Below, one piece after another: positions 28,323 through 36,310 of a stretch of DNA of 64,000 nt. Both the position numbers and the translations under genes were made by a program. Position 1 is the first letter of the stretch. Every line of letters begins with the position of its first letter. The notes beneath the pieces are model-generated. The model made no database searches and was not told the origin of the DNA. It was given only the letters and a program-made list of their open reading frames with translations. Source of the stretch: Candidatus Berkelbacteria bacterium CG10_big_fil_rev_8_21_14_0_10_43_13 (GTDB lineage: Bacteria; Patescibacteriota; UBA1384; XYA2-FULL-43-10; 1-14-0-10-43-13); assembly GCA_002773985.1 (NCBI GenBank), contig PEZW01000018.1:34240-98239 (forward strand), read 5' to 3'.

Positions 28323-28625
28323 CTTGTCCCTCGTAGCCCGCAGTGGGCGAAGTGGGAAGCTTTATGCGAAGGAGGACTAGTCATTATTTATGCAATTTCT
28401 TATCCTATTATATTATGCTAGACTGTTTTTAGCAATTGCACACAACAAGCTTAATTCTTAATACTTTATTCTACGCGTTATGTGTAATTATTGTTCGAAG
28501 CTGAAAACTATCAGCTGATAACTTAAAAAGTTTATTAAACTTCTCGCTTCACGCTCGAAGAATAAAAAAACAGTTAAATGTTAATTTAATTGCACATAAC
28601 GCGTTTTATTTTTAATTCTGGTAAT

Positions 28626-29219
28626 ATGAACATCAAAAAACTAACACCTCAAAATTTTGAACAGGTTGTGACTGAAGCCGTAAATATTATCAAATCTGGC
28701 GGTCTTGTCATCGCACCTTTTGATACTGTCTATGGCATCATTTGCGATCCGAAAAATGACGAGGCTGTCAAAAAGATTTTTGATCTGAAGAAAAGACCAC
28801 TCGACAAAACTATTGGCCTGGCCGTCACTTCAATTCCAGCACTAGAATTGATTGCGGAAAACACTCATCCAGATTTTATAAAATCTCATATTTTCGGTCC
28901 GTATACATTTATATTGAAATCAAAGAAAAATAATGGCATTTCCAAATATTGCCAAAAAGAGGGGACTGTCGCAGTTAGAATTCCAAATTCGGAGCTAATT
29001 CTGACAATTGCTAAAAAGTCAGATTATATCCTCGCTCAAACCTCAGCCAATCTCACCGGCAAGCCAACATCTGCCTCGGTCGAAGAAATAACTGCCCAAT
29101 TTGAACCAAAAGTGTTGGACGCAATCGGATTAATTATCGACGGCGGCAATATCAAAAACCCCTCTCCATCACAAATTTTCGATCTAACAGGCGACAAGCC
29201 GATTGAGATTGCGAGATAA
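28626..29219 (+). CDS. tsaC: Threonylcarbamoyl-AMP synthase (Sua5/YwlC/TsaC)
   Basis: PFDTVYG, KKRP, VAVRIP, TSANLTG. Confidence 0.92.
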   Translation: MNIKKLTPQNFEQVVTEAVNIIKSGGLVIAPFDTVYGIICDPKNDEAVKKIFDLKKRPLDKTIGLAVTSIPALELIAENTHPDFIKSHIFGPYTFILKSKKNNGISKYCQKEGTVAVRIPNSELILTIAKKSDYILAQTSANLTGKPTSASVEEITAQFEPKVLDAIGLIIDGGNIKNPSPSQIFDLTGDKPIEIAR

Positions 29220-29245
29220 GTTATTTTCTGCTATTATTTGGTCAT

Positions 29246-29288
29246 GCCGAAGTGCCTGCCTGCCGGCAGGCAGGGCGGAATTGGTATA
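29246..29288 (+). pseudogene. 5' fragment of an older tRNA-Leu, interrupted by a 20-bp palindrome
   Basis: gccgaagtg[cctgcctgccggcaggcagg]gcggaattggtata, preceded by TTGCGA-17-TATTAT. Confidence 0.85.
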
Positions 29289-29299
29289 ACCTATTATAT

Positions 29300-29539
29300 A
29301 TGTATTTTGTCTATGTATTAAAAAGTACAAAAAGGAATTATCATTATATTGGTATTAGCAATAATTTATCTCGAAGAATAAATCAACACAACAAGGGTTA
29401 CAACAAAACAACTAAGCCTTACACACCTTTTAAATTAATTTACAGTGAAAAGTACCCTGACCGTGTCTCAGCCAGAACTAGAGAAAAACAATTAAAAAGT
29501 GGTTGCGGTCGTGAATTTATTCGAAAAATAGATATTTAA
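29300..29539 (+). CDS. Minimal stand-alone GIY-YIG nuclease (79 aa)
   Basis: YFVYVLKS...YIG.S.NL.RR..QHN.G...A..RE..LK motif set. Confidence 0.92.
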   Translation: MYFVYVLKSTKRNYHYIGISNNLSRRINQHNKGYNKTTKPYTPFKLIYSEKYPDRVSARTREKQLKSGCGREFIRKIDI

Positions 29540-29569
29540 ATAATTTGATTAGCGTCTTGTTCATTTTGG

Positions 29570-29655
29570 GCCGCGGTGGCGGAATTGGTATACGCGTACG
29601 ACTCAAAATCGTATTCCCTCAAGGAATGTGGGTTCGATTCCCACCCGCGGCACCA
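29570..29655 (+). tRNA. tRNA-Leu(CAA)
   Basis: gccgcgg...ccgcggc-acca; anticodon arm tacga-ctCAAaa-tcgta; long variable arm. Confidence 0.96.
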
Positions 29656-29668
29656 AATGAATAAGAAT

Positions 29669-29769
29669 CGCACGACCTGTCTGCCGACAGGCAGGCTCAA
29701 AATCGTGTGGCCTCGTGCCTTATGGGTCTGCCTGTCGGTAGACAGGTTCAAATCCCACCTTCGGTACCA
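29669..29769 (+). pseudogene. 3' part of the older tRNA-Leu(CAA), interrupted by two 20-bp palindromes
   Basis: cgcacga[20 bp]ctcaaaatcgtgtggcctcgtgccttatggg[20 bp]ttcaaatcccaccttcggtacca; CTTCGGT pairs with GCCGAAG at 29246. Confidence 0.88.
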
Positions 29770-29796
29770 AAAAAAACAGCTTAATTGCTGTTTTTT
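29769..29796 (+). terminator. Intrinsic terminator
   Basis: aaaaaacagc-ttaatt-gctgtttttt hairpin with U-run after the tRNA locus. Confidence 0.7.
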
Positions 29797-29864
29797 ATTT
29801 ATCCAATTTTGTTGATGGGCGGAAGGTTTCTGGCACACGGCCCGAAACCTTCCGCCCCGACACT

Positions 29865-30230
29865 TCAGGGCGACTCCTTGTCGCCCTGCAACTTCTTTGT
29901 CTCCTTCGAGGCCTGTTGTTCCGCGACGATCTTCATTCGCGGGCTATCCTTCACAGCCTCAGCCTCCGCAGCCTGTTGCTCAGCAACGATCCGCATCCGC
30001 AGACTATCGCTGAGATCAGCCGCATTACTCTCCTCACCGGCACGTTGTTCGGCGACGACCTCCGCCGCCGACATGTTCGGCTCCGGATCGGGCCGAACCG
30101 ACTCGCTTGGCTGCACCGCCACAGACTGTGCAGGTTTGTAGCCGTAGTCGTCGACTTTGTGGCAACCGACGAGAATTGAAAACCCGAGGGATGCCACCAC
30201 AATTGCCAACACATCGGAAAACTCTTCCAC
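29865..30230 (-). CDS. GC-rich orphan, putative lipoprotein with internal repeats
   Basis: Hydrophobic stretch ending ILVGC; repeated (I/V)VAEQ(Q/R)A; upstream TTGACA-17-TATAAA; downstream GC hairpin. Confidence 0.55.
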   Translation of the reverse strand: MEEFSDVLAIVVASLGFSILVGCHKVDDYGYKPAQSVAVQPSESVRPDPEPNMSAAEVVAEQRAGEESNAADLSDSLRMRIVAEQQAAEAEAVKDSPRMKIVAEQQASKETKKLQGDKESP

Positions 30231-30296
30231 TGTATGACTCCCTTTCCCTTGACATGTTTATAACATTTTTGACTGTGTGTGTCAACATTTTTGGGA

Positions 30297-30495
30297 GTAA
30301 CTGCTCACCCATCTTTTCATTTCGACCCCGTGAGCTCTGTCGAACGGTCGGAGAAATCTGACACGAAGTGTCATTCCCTCGGCTAGCTCGGGACAGGCTC
30401 TGAGCTTGTCGAAGGATCTTTTCAAGAAACAAGATCTCTCCACCCTCGACGAACCGAGGAGTCGAGATGACAATATGAAGTGAGTTAGTAATTAC
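30297..30495. repeat. Composite nested palindromic element (GTAACTGCTCA shell, TCAT...ATGACA core)
   Basis: Shares termini with the 42550 and 48640 elements; contains tgagcttgtcgaagg-type sub-hairpins. Confidence 0.75.
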
Positions 30496-30633
30496 TTTTC
30501 TCTGAGAACACAAAAAAAACCGGCATCCGAATGGACAACCGATTACATTATTTTCTTTTTAATTTTGCTGTGTCGGCGAGGGTCCCCCGAAGGGTACCCC
30601 CGCCGACGAGCTTTCATCACGACGCCACTCCTG

Positions 30634-31089
30634 TTATTTCTCCGCCGCCACGGGGCGGAGAGAGGCGGCCATCTCCTTGGCCGCTTCCTCCGCTGTCGGG
30701 ACCCTCTGCACCAGAGGTGACGAAGGGTCGACCGCCGAATCAACCGGCAACAGCAAGCTGTCACCGGAGGACAGCTGGCCGTTGCTCGACGACCGCCTGT
30801 TAATGCGGTCGAGCTCAGCCTCCCAGTGCCGCTTGTCAGCGCCTTTCGGCGCAAACAAAGTGGCGATCGAGTGATACGTGTCGCCGTCCTGGACGGCGTA
30901 GTACCATCGCGTCGGCTCAGCAACAGCGGCACGGACCGCTACCGCACGCCGATTGCCATCATCGACGGCGCGGGTGATGAACGCCGCCGCGATGGCAACG
31001 ATCACGATCACTAGTACCAGCCACGCCGCAACCTCTTTCAAGGTCATCGGCTCGGCCGGTCGATCAAACGCTTTCACGTTTTTGCCCAT
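30634..31089 (-). CDS. GC-rich membrane-anchored LysM-domain protein
   Basis: TM helix then YAVQDGDTYHSIA...IN...LSSGDSLLLP; ATG at 31089 after GGAG. Confidence 0.8.
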   Translation of the reverse strand: MGKNVKAFDRPAEPMTLKEVAAWLVLVIVIVAIAAAFITRAVDDGNRRAVAVRAAVAEPTRWYYAVQDGDTYHSIATLFAPKGADKRHWEAELDRINRRSSSNGQLSSGDSLLLPVDSAVDPSSPLVQRVPTAEEAAKEMAASLRPVAAEK

Positions 31090-31386
31090 CTTCAGGGCTC
31101 CTTTTTCGGGCAGGATTGGCAGAATTGCCAAAATTATACTAACAGATTTGATAGTATTTGTCAATATATAAGCACAAAATTATGTTCAATTTAGTATTTT
31201 GTCAGACCCAAACTGTATAAACACCGGAATTCGCGCCATTTTCTAGTCGAAAGCTTTAGTCTTTTAGCCATCTTTTCAGCTTTATCTCAGCCAATATGGT
31301 ATAATATCAACGTAGATCCAAGTTCACAGTACCGAGTACCGAGCGCCCCCTAATACGTTATACGAGATACCTAATACGAAATTTGT

Positions 31387-31464
31387 ATGAGATTGCTTGT
31401 TATTGAAGACGATCACCAGCCTACGCCAAGGCTACGGCCGGCAGGACGAGGTTTGAGATATTAA
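31387..31464 (+). pseudogene. Orphan duplicate N-terminus of the response regulator, cut off by a palindromic element
   Basis: Encodes MRLLVIEDDH, then element-derived QPTPRLRPAG and a stop. Confidence 0.8.
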
Positions 31465-31487
31465 ACTAGAATGCGAGATTTTAACAT

Positions 31488-32171
31488 ATGAGATTATTGG
31501 TTATAGAAGATGATCACAAAATTGCCAATGCAATTAAAAAAGGCTTAAATCAGGAGTCCTATGCTGTCGATGTTTCTTTTGACGGCAAGGACGGCTTGGC
31601 GACCGCTCTGACGATTGATTATGATTTAATTATTATCGACCGAATGTTACCCGGAGTTGACGGCATCAAGGTCTGCCAGGCTTTGCGTGACAAGAAATAT
31701 AACACGCCAATTCTCTTTCTGACCGCCAAAGATAAAATTTCTGACCGTGTCGAAGGTCTCAATGCTGGCGCTGATGATTATCTGATCAAGCCCTTTGCCT
31801 TCGAGGAATTATTGGCCCGCGTCCGCGCTCTTCTGCGACGGCCGAGCAAAACAGACGATACAGTGCTTCAAATTGCTGATCTGACGCTTGATCCGGCTCG
31901 TTTCGTCGTCAAGCGCAAAAACAAAGACATCAAACTCTCGAGCAAAGAGTTTGCACTACTGGAATACATAATGCGCAATCCTGATCGGATCTTGACCAAG
32001 GACAACATCATCGCCCATGTCTGGGATTACGACGCCGACATTTTGCCCAACACTGTCGAAGTTTACATTGGATATTTGCGTAATAAAATCGATCGACCAT
32101 TTCCCAAAGAACCCAACCTTATCCAGACAAGCAGGGGATTTGGCTACAAAATCACCGAGGCACCAGAATAA
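31488..32171 (+). CDS. OmpR/PhoB-family response regulator
   Basis: Receiver (EDD, D.MLP, GADDYLIKPF) plus wHTH (VEVYIGYLRNKID, RGFGY). Confidence 0.95.
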   Translation: MRLLVIEDDHKIANAIKKGLNQESYAVDVSFDGKDGLATALTIDYDLIIIDRMLPGVDGIKVCQALRDKKYNTPILFLTAKDKISDRVEGLNAGADDYLIKPFAFEELLARVRALLRRPSKTDDTVLQIADLTLDPARFVVKRKNKDIKLSSKEFALLEYIMRNPDRILTKDNIIAHVWDYDADILPNTVEVYIGYLRNKIDRPFPKEPNLIQTSRGFGYKITEAPE

Positions 32172-32307
32172 TCACAATGATTACAAAACTACAAATCAAT
32201 GCAAATCTTACAAATGGTTCCTCCCCTAAGCTAGGGGAGGCTAGGTGGGGTATGTATTTGTAGAATTTGTAATCAATTCGTAATTTTGTAATCCCTTGGC
32301 AACTATC

Positions 32308-33342
32308 ATGAAGCTCCATAAGTCTCCCTATCTTCGTCTGACCCTATTTTACGTCCTGATCGTCATGACGATCAGCATGCTTTTTAGTTTTGTTATCTTC
32401 AATTTATCATCAAAAGAGCTCGACTCTGGACTTGGTCGACAATCACGTGTTATCTGGAATATAGGGCAAAACAACGGAATGATGACACCGTTTTCCGACA
32501 TTGACCAGATCCGCCAAAACCAGCTCAGTGAATCCGAGGATAATTTGCGCGACAATCTGATTTATTGGAATTTAATTATCCTGATATTGTCATCATTCTT
32601 GAGTTATTTTCTCGCCAAAAGCTCGATGCGACCGATCGAAGACGCACTTTACTCTCAAAACTGTTTTACCGCCGATGCTTCTCACGAGCTTCGTACTCCC
32701 TTGACTGCGATGAAGACCGAAGTTGAAGTAGCCTTGCGTGATAAAGATATCCATTTAGATGACGCCAAAAAGTTATTACAAAGTAACCTCGAAGAGATTG
32801 GCAAACTCGAATCTCTCTCAAATGCACTTCTCAAAGTTGCCCGAAGCCGAGAAGCAGCAAAAGCAAGTTTTACAAAAATTGCAATATCAAATATTGTCCT
32901 CGAAGCTTACGAAAAGATAGAAAGTCTGGCAAAGAAAAAATCGATTCACTTCACCTTCAAGGGTCAAGCAAAAGATCTTTTTGTCCACGGTGACACCCCA
33001 AGTCTCAACGAACTTTTTGTTATTCTTTTTGATAACGCGATCAAGTACTCAGATGAAAAATCAAAAGTTGATATTTATCTCTCCGCTGACAAGAAGCACG
33101 CAGTCGTGTCGGTAAAAGATCATGGTGTCGGCATCAAAGCAGGTGATGTACCGTATATTTTTAACCGTTTTTATCGTGCGGACAACTCACGTGTCAGAAA
33201 TGTCCCCGGTGGCTACGGTCTTGGGTTATCAATCGCCAGAAACATCGCTGAGATGCATGACGGGATCATCACGATCGAAAGTCAGCCCGGTCACGGCAGT
33301 GAGTTCAGAGTGACTTTTCCACTTTTACACTTGCCAAAATAG
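32308..33342 (+). CDS. Sensor histidine kinase
   Basis: Two TM helices, ASHELRTPL, DNAIKYS, D.G.GI, GYGLGLSIA. Confidence 0.94.
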   Translation: MKLHKSPYLRLTLFYVLIVMTISMLFSFVIFNLSSKELDSGLGRQSRVIWNIGQNNGMMTPFSDIDQIRQNQLSESEDNLRDNLIYWNLIILILSSFLSYFLAKSSMRPIEDALYSQNCFTADASHELRTPLTAMKTEVEVALRDKDIHLDDAKKLLQSNLEEIGKLESLSNALLKVARSREAAKASFTKIAISNIVLEAYEKIESLAKKKSIHFTFKGQAKDLFVHGDTPSLNELFVILFDNAIKYSDEKSKVDIYLSADKKHAVVSVKDHGVGIKAGDVPYIFNRFYRADNSRVRNVPGGYGLGLSIARNIAEMHDGIITIESQPGHGSEFRVTFPLLHLPK

Positions 33343-33420
33343 TAAAAAATCTATATAATAGATAGGTTGAGTATCCACAATCTAGTGGATTTTTGTTTGT
33401 AATAAAACAAGGAGGACAAG

Positions 33421-33888
33421 ATGACCAAAAAGAAAAAAATCAAAAAAATCACTCTAGATACTATTTCTGACGCAACTGTTGTCTGGGTTGGTACGACCCA
33501 ATCAATAATTGTTCACACTATTTTGTTTGCTCTCTTTTTCGCAGCTCACTGGATTTTCGGATTAACATACGACCTGATCTTGCTGATTTTAACCACGGTG
33601 GTCTCGCTTGAAGCAATTTATCTGGCTATCTTTATCCAACGCTCCGTCAATCAGCAGGCCGACAGACTTGACGACTTCGAGGAAAGCCTTGATGATGTCG
33701 AAGAGAGCTTGGATGATGTGGAGGAAAATCTTGACGACGTTGAGGAGTCAATCGATGCCGTCGAGGGTCACTTGGCCTCTGATCACGAAAAAACAGAGAT
33801 TGATCGCCACAAAAAACTGGACAAGACACTCGATCAAATTATTGACGAACTCAAAAATCTCAAGGCCAAGATCGACGATCTGGATTAA
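33421..33888 (+). CDS. DUF1003-like membrane protein with acidic heptad repeats
   Basis: LTTVVSLEAIYLAIFIQ motif; about five LDDVEES-like heptads. Confidence 0.8.
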   Translation: MTKKKKIKKITLDTISDATVVWVGTTQSIIVHTILFALFFAAHWIFGLTYDLILLILTTVVSLEAIYLAIFIQRSVNQQADRLDDFEESLDDVEESLDDVEENLDDVEESIDAVEGHLASDHEKTEIDRHKKLDKTLDQIIDELKNLKAKIDDLD

Positions 33889-34039
33889 GCATTTCTTCAG
33901 CTTCCTGTTATAAGATCATATTAAGTTGATCATTAAACATAGGAGGCGCCAATGGGAGAAACAAAAATGTGTACTTGCCAAGGCATGTGATCATGCCGGA
34001 TCAGGGACCAACAATTTATTAAAAAAATAATTTAACCCA

Positions 34040-34074
34040 TAAAAAAGACACGTCGATCGCTGGCGTGTCTTTTT
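34040..34074. terminator. Bidirectional intrinsic terminator
   Basis: aaaaaagacacgtc...ggcgtgtcttttt. Confidence 0.7.
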
Positions 34075-34198
34075 GTCGCGAATACAATATTCAAATACAT
34101 AGCGCGTTATTAAGCCTGTTCTCAGGTTGTTGTTTTAAACTAATATTAGTTCTAGTCGCCCCGCTCACATCATCCTCCCCCGGTATGGGCGGGGCACT

Positions 34199-34296
34199 GA
34201 ACTGCTCACCACCTTCTTTGTCATCCTCGGGTTCAGCGGTGTGACTTGCTCCGCCTTGAGACTTAGGCGGGGCGAGAGAGTGAAGCCCGGGGATCT
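34199..34296. repeat. Half copy of a TGTCAT-type composite palindromic element
   Basis: Near reverse complement of about 42690-42788. Confidence 0.8.
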
Positions 34297-34360
34297 ATAG
34301 GAGGTTTGGTCGCGATTGTACTGTTTGAGTTTAAATAAAGTGATATTAAAGAAAGAGGTT

Positions 34361-34891
34361 ATGGTGGACGAGGAAATGAAAGAGAAAAAAACAAACGAAT
34401 CTGAATATAATAAGATGAATCAGGAAAAAATGCACTACTATCGTCATCAGTATGGTCCGTTTGGAATGATTTTTGGTGTGCTAATTTTCTTGCTAATTCT
34501 CGGTGGTGTTTTTGCACTCGGCAGAGGATCAAGCCGACATTACGCTTATGGGAGTTTTGGTAAAATAGCGGGCACTGAAGCTAGCTATGGCGGCGGCGGA
34601 ATGATGAGGGGATATGGACGACATCGCGTGATTGATGGCGATGAGAACACCATCTCTGGTTATCGAAATAGAATTGCGGGACAGATTAGTACGGTCAATT
34701 CCGACAACATCGTCATAAAAGACACTGACGGCACCGCCTACACCGTCAAAATTGCCTCAGATACCTCAGTGGTTATTAACGGCAAGATCGACAAAGCCAG
34801 TAACCTTAAAGCCAGCAGTGAAGTCATCGTTGTCGGCGACTCAAACAGTGACGGCAGTATCAACGCAACAATCATCCGTAGTTTGCAATGA
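34361..34891 (+). CDS. Membrane protein with C-terminal DUF5666-like domain
   Basis: TM helix, Gly-rich linker, IAGQI..V...IVIK...V.V.G....GSINA..I. Confidence 0.7.
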   Translation: MVDEEMKEKKTNESEYNKMNQEKMHYYRHQYGPFGMIFGVLIFLLILGGVFALGRGSSRHYAYGSFGKIAGTEASYGGGGMMRGYGRHRVIDGDENTISGYRNRIAGQISTVNSDNIVIKDTDGTAYTVKIASDTSVVINGKIDKASNLKASSEVIVVGDSNSDGSINATIIRSLQ

Positions 34892-35230
34892 AGCTCCCCA
34901 CGGCCAAGCCGTCGGGCACATGCTGCCAAACTACTCAAACAGGCTGGCATAACCGATGACAAATTTTTACGCAAACCGACCAGACTATCTGGCGGTGAGC
35001 AGCAACGTGTTGCAATTGCCAGGGCGCTGGCAAACAATCCAAAATTAATTTTAGCTGACGAACCGACAGGTAATCTCGATTCGGCTACCGGGCAAATTGT
35101 TATTAATTTGCTCAAAAGCTTGGCGAAAACCGAGAACACAACTATACTCGCTGTTACTCACGATAACGGTGTTGCCGATCAAGCCGAAAGAACTTTCCGC
35201 CTCAAAGACGGCAGGCTTGTTTCGTCGTAA
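34892..35230 (+). pseudogene. C-terminal half of a LolD/MacB-type ABC ATPase (no start, no Walker A)
   Basis: Hand translation [33 protein letters not shown]...VTHD...LKDGRL*. Confidence 0.88.
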
Positions 35231-35348
35231 CTGTTGTCATTTCGACCGATGTGGTTTCAAAAGCGGAGAAACATCACAAAAAAACACTATGACCTGAGTT
35301 ATTTTTTTGCTAAAATATTAACATCAACCATAGTTACTTCCTGCGGTA

Positions 35349-35392
35349 TCATTGCGAGCCAAGCCGATGTTCATCGGCTGGCGCGGCAATCT
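35349..35392. repeat. TCATTGCGAG...GCAATC REP-like palindrome
   Basis: Near-identical to 38802-38847; truncated copy near 36204. Confidence 0.8.
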
Positions 35393-35416
35393 ATCACAAT
35401 GTTAATAAAGTAGGCA

Positions 35417-36193
35417 ATGAAACAACAAATCACCGAAGAAGATCTCGTCAGGCTTTTTTCCTACCGGGACCGTGCTGAAAAACGACAAAGTGTACTTTTT
35501 AGTATATTTTACTATTTCATGTATTTCGCAATTTTTTCTGCGATAGTTTATTCTGTTATCAATTTCAATGCCGTCTCTTCGACAATCACTTATTGGTACA
35601 AAAGCAACTTTACGACGCAAACGACCGATGAAACACCTGTCGTTCAGATAAATGTGCCGAAAGTGCCAACTCTAGAGGAAGAAAAATACTCAACGCCGAA
35701 TGTCGCAGATAATCACATTGCGATTCCCGTATTGGATGTCAACGCACCAGTTACCTTTGGTGTCAACAATGTTTACAAAGAGGTTGAATCAAATTTAATC
35801 AATGGTGTTATTCAGATCAACGGCACCTCACTACCGGGACAAACCGGGAATATTTATATTACCGGTCATAGTTCCAATTACGTTTGGGTCAAAAGTGATT
35901 ATAACTCTATTTTTGCTCTACTTGATAAGCTCGTCATTGGCGACCAGATCTATATCAATTATAACGATGTTGTCTATGTTTATCAGGTTTTTGACACAAA
36001 AATTGTCGTGCCAAGTGACATTTCACTTTTAAAAGCTACAAATGATTCACGCCTGACCCTTGTAACTTGCTGGCCGGTCGGCACATCTCTAAAGCGCGTC
36101 GTCGTCCTGGCAAATCAAATTCATCCGGATCCCAAAAATAATACCAAGCCAGACACTCCGATCAATTTCCAGTCTTTGACTAGTGGACGATAA
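35417..36193 (+). CDS. Sortase-family protein
   Basis: TM anchor; ITGHS, LTLVTC and downstream Arg (His-Cys-Arg triad). Confidence 0.9.
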   Translation: MKQQITEEDLVRLFSYRDRAEKRQSVLFSIFYYFMYFAIFSAIVYSVINFNAVSSTITYWYKSNFTTQTTDETPVVQINVPKVPTLEEEKYSTPNVADNHIAIPVLDVNAPVTFGVNNVYKEVESNLINGVIQINGTSLPGQTGNIYITGHSSNYVWVKSDYNSIFALLDKLVIGDQIYINYNDVVYVYQVFDTKIVVPSDISLLKATNDSRLTLVTCWPVGTSLKRVVVLANQIHPDPKNNTKPDTPINFQSLTSGR

Positions 36194-36310
36194 AATTTTA
36201 CTTGTCATTGCGAGGATTAAGCCTGTAATTCGACTGTCATGAGCACTCACTGTCAAATGATGGGCATCGATCTGTCGTGTTTTAGTCAGAATATTAAAGA
36301 GAAAAGTAGT

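Noticed and set aside
29289-29668. Group I intron in tRNA-Leu with a homing endonuclease
   Set aside because: The insertion is at the D-loop rather than the anticodon loop, is filled by an ORF and a whole tRNA, and leaves no room for a ribozyme core; the outer tRNA is also broken by palindromes.
29536-30513. Track ORFs 29536-29838, 29576-29815, 30034-30513, 30107-30361, 30282-30473 and the MPACRQAG extension at 29252
   Set aside because: They are translations of tRNA and palindromic repeat DNA.
34889-34891. UGA recoding (genetic code 25) or readthrough fusing the DUF5666-like gene to the ATPase half
   Set aside because: TGA works as a normal stop elsewhere (livH, gdhA, OFOR beta) and conserved genes are not broken by TGA; the fusion would still lack Walker A.
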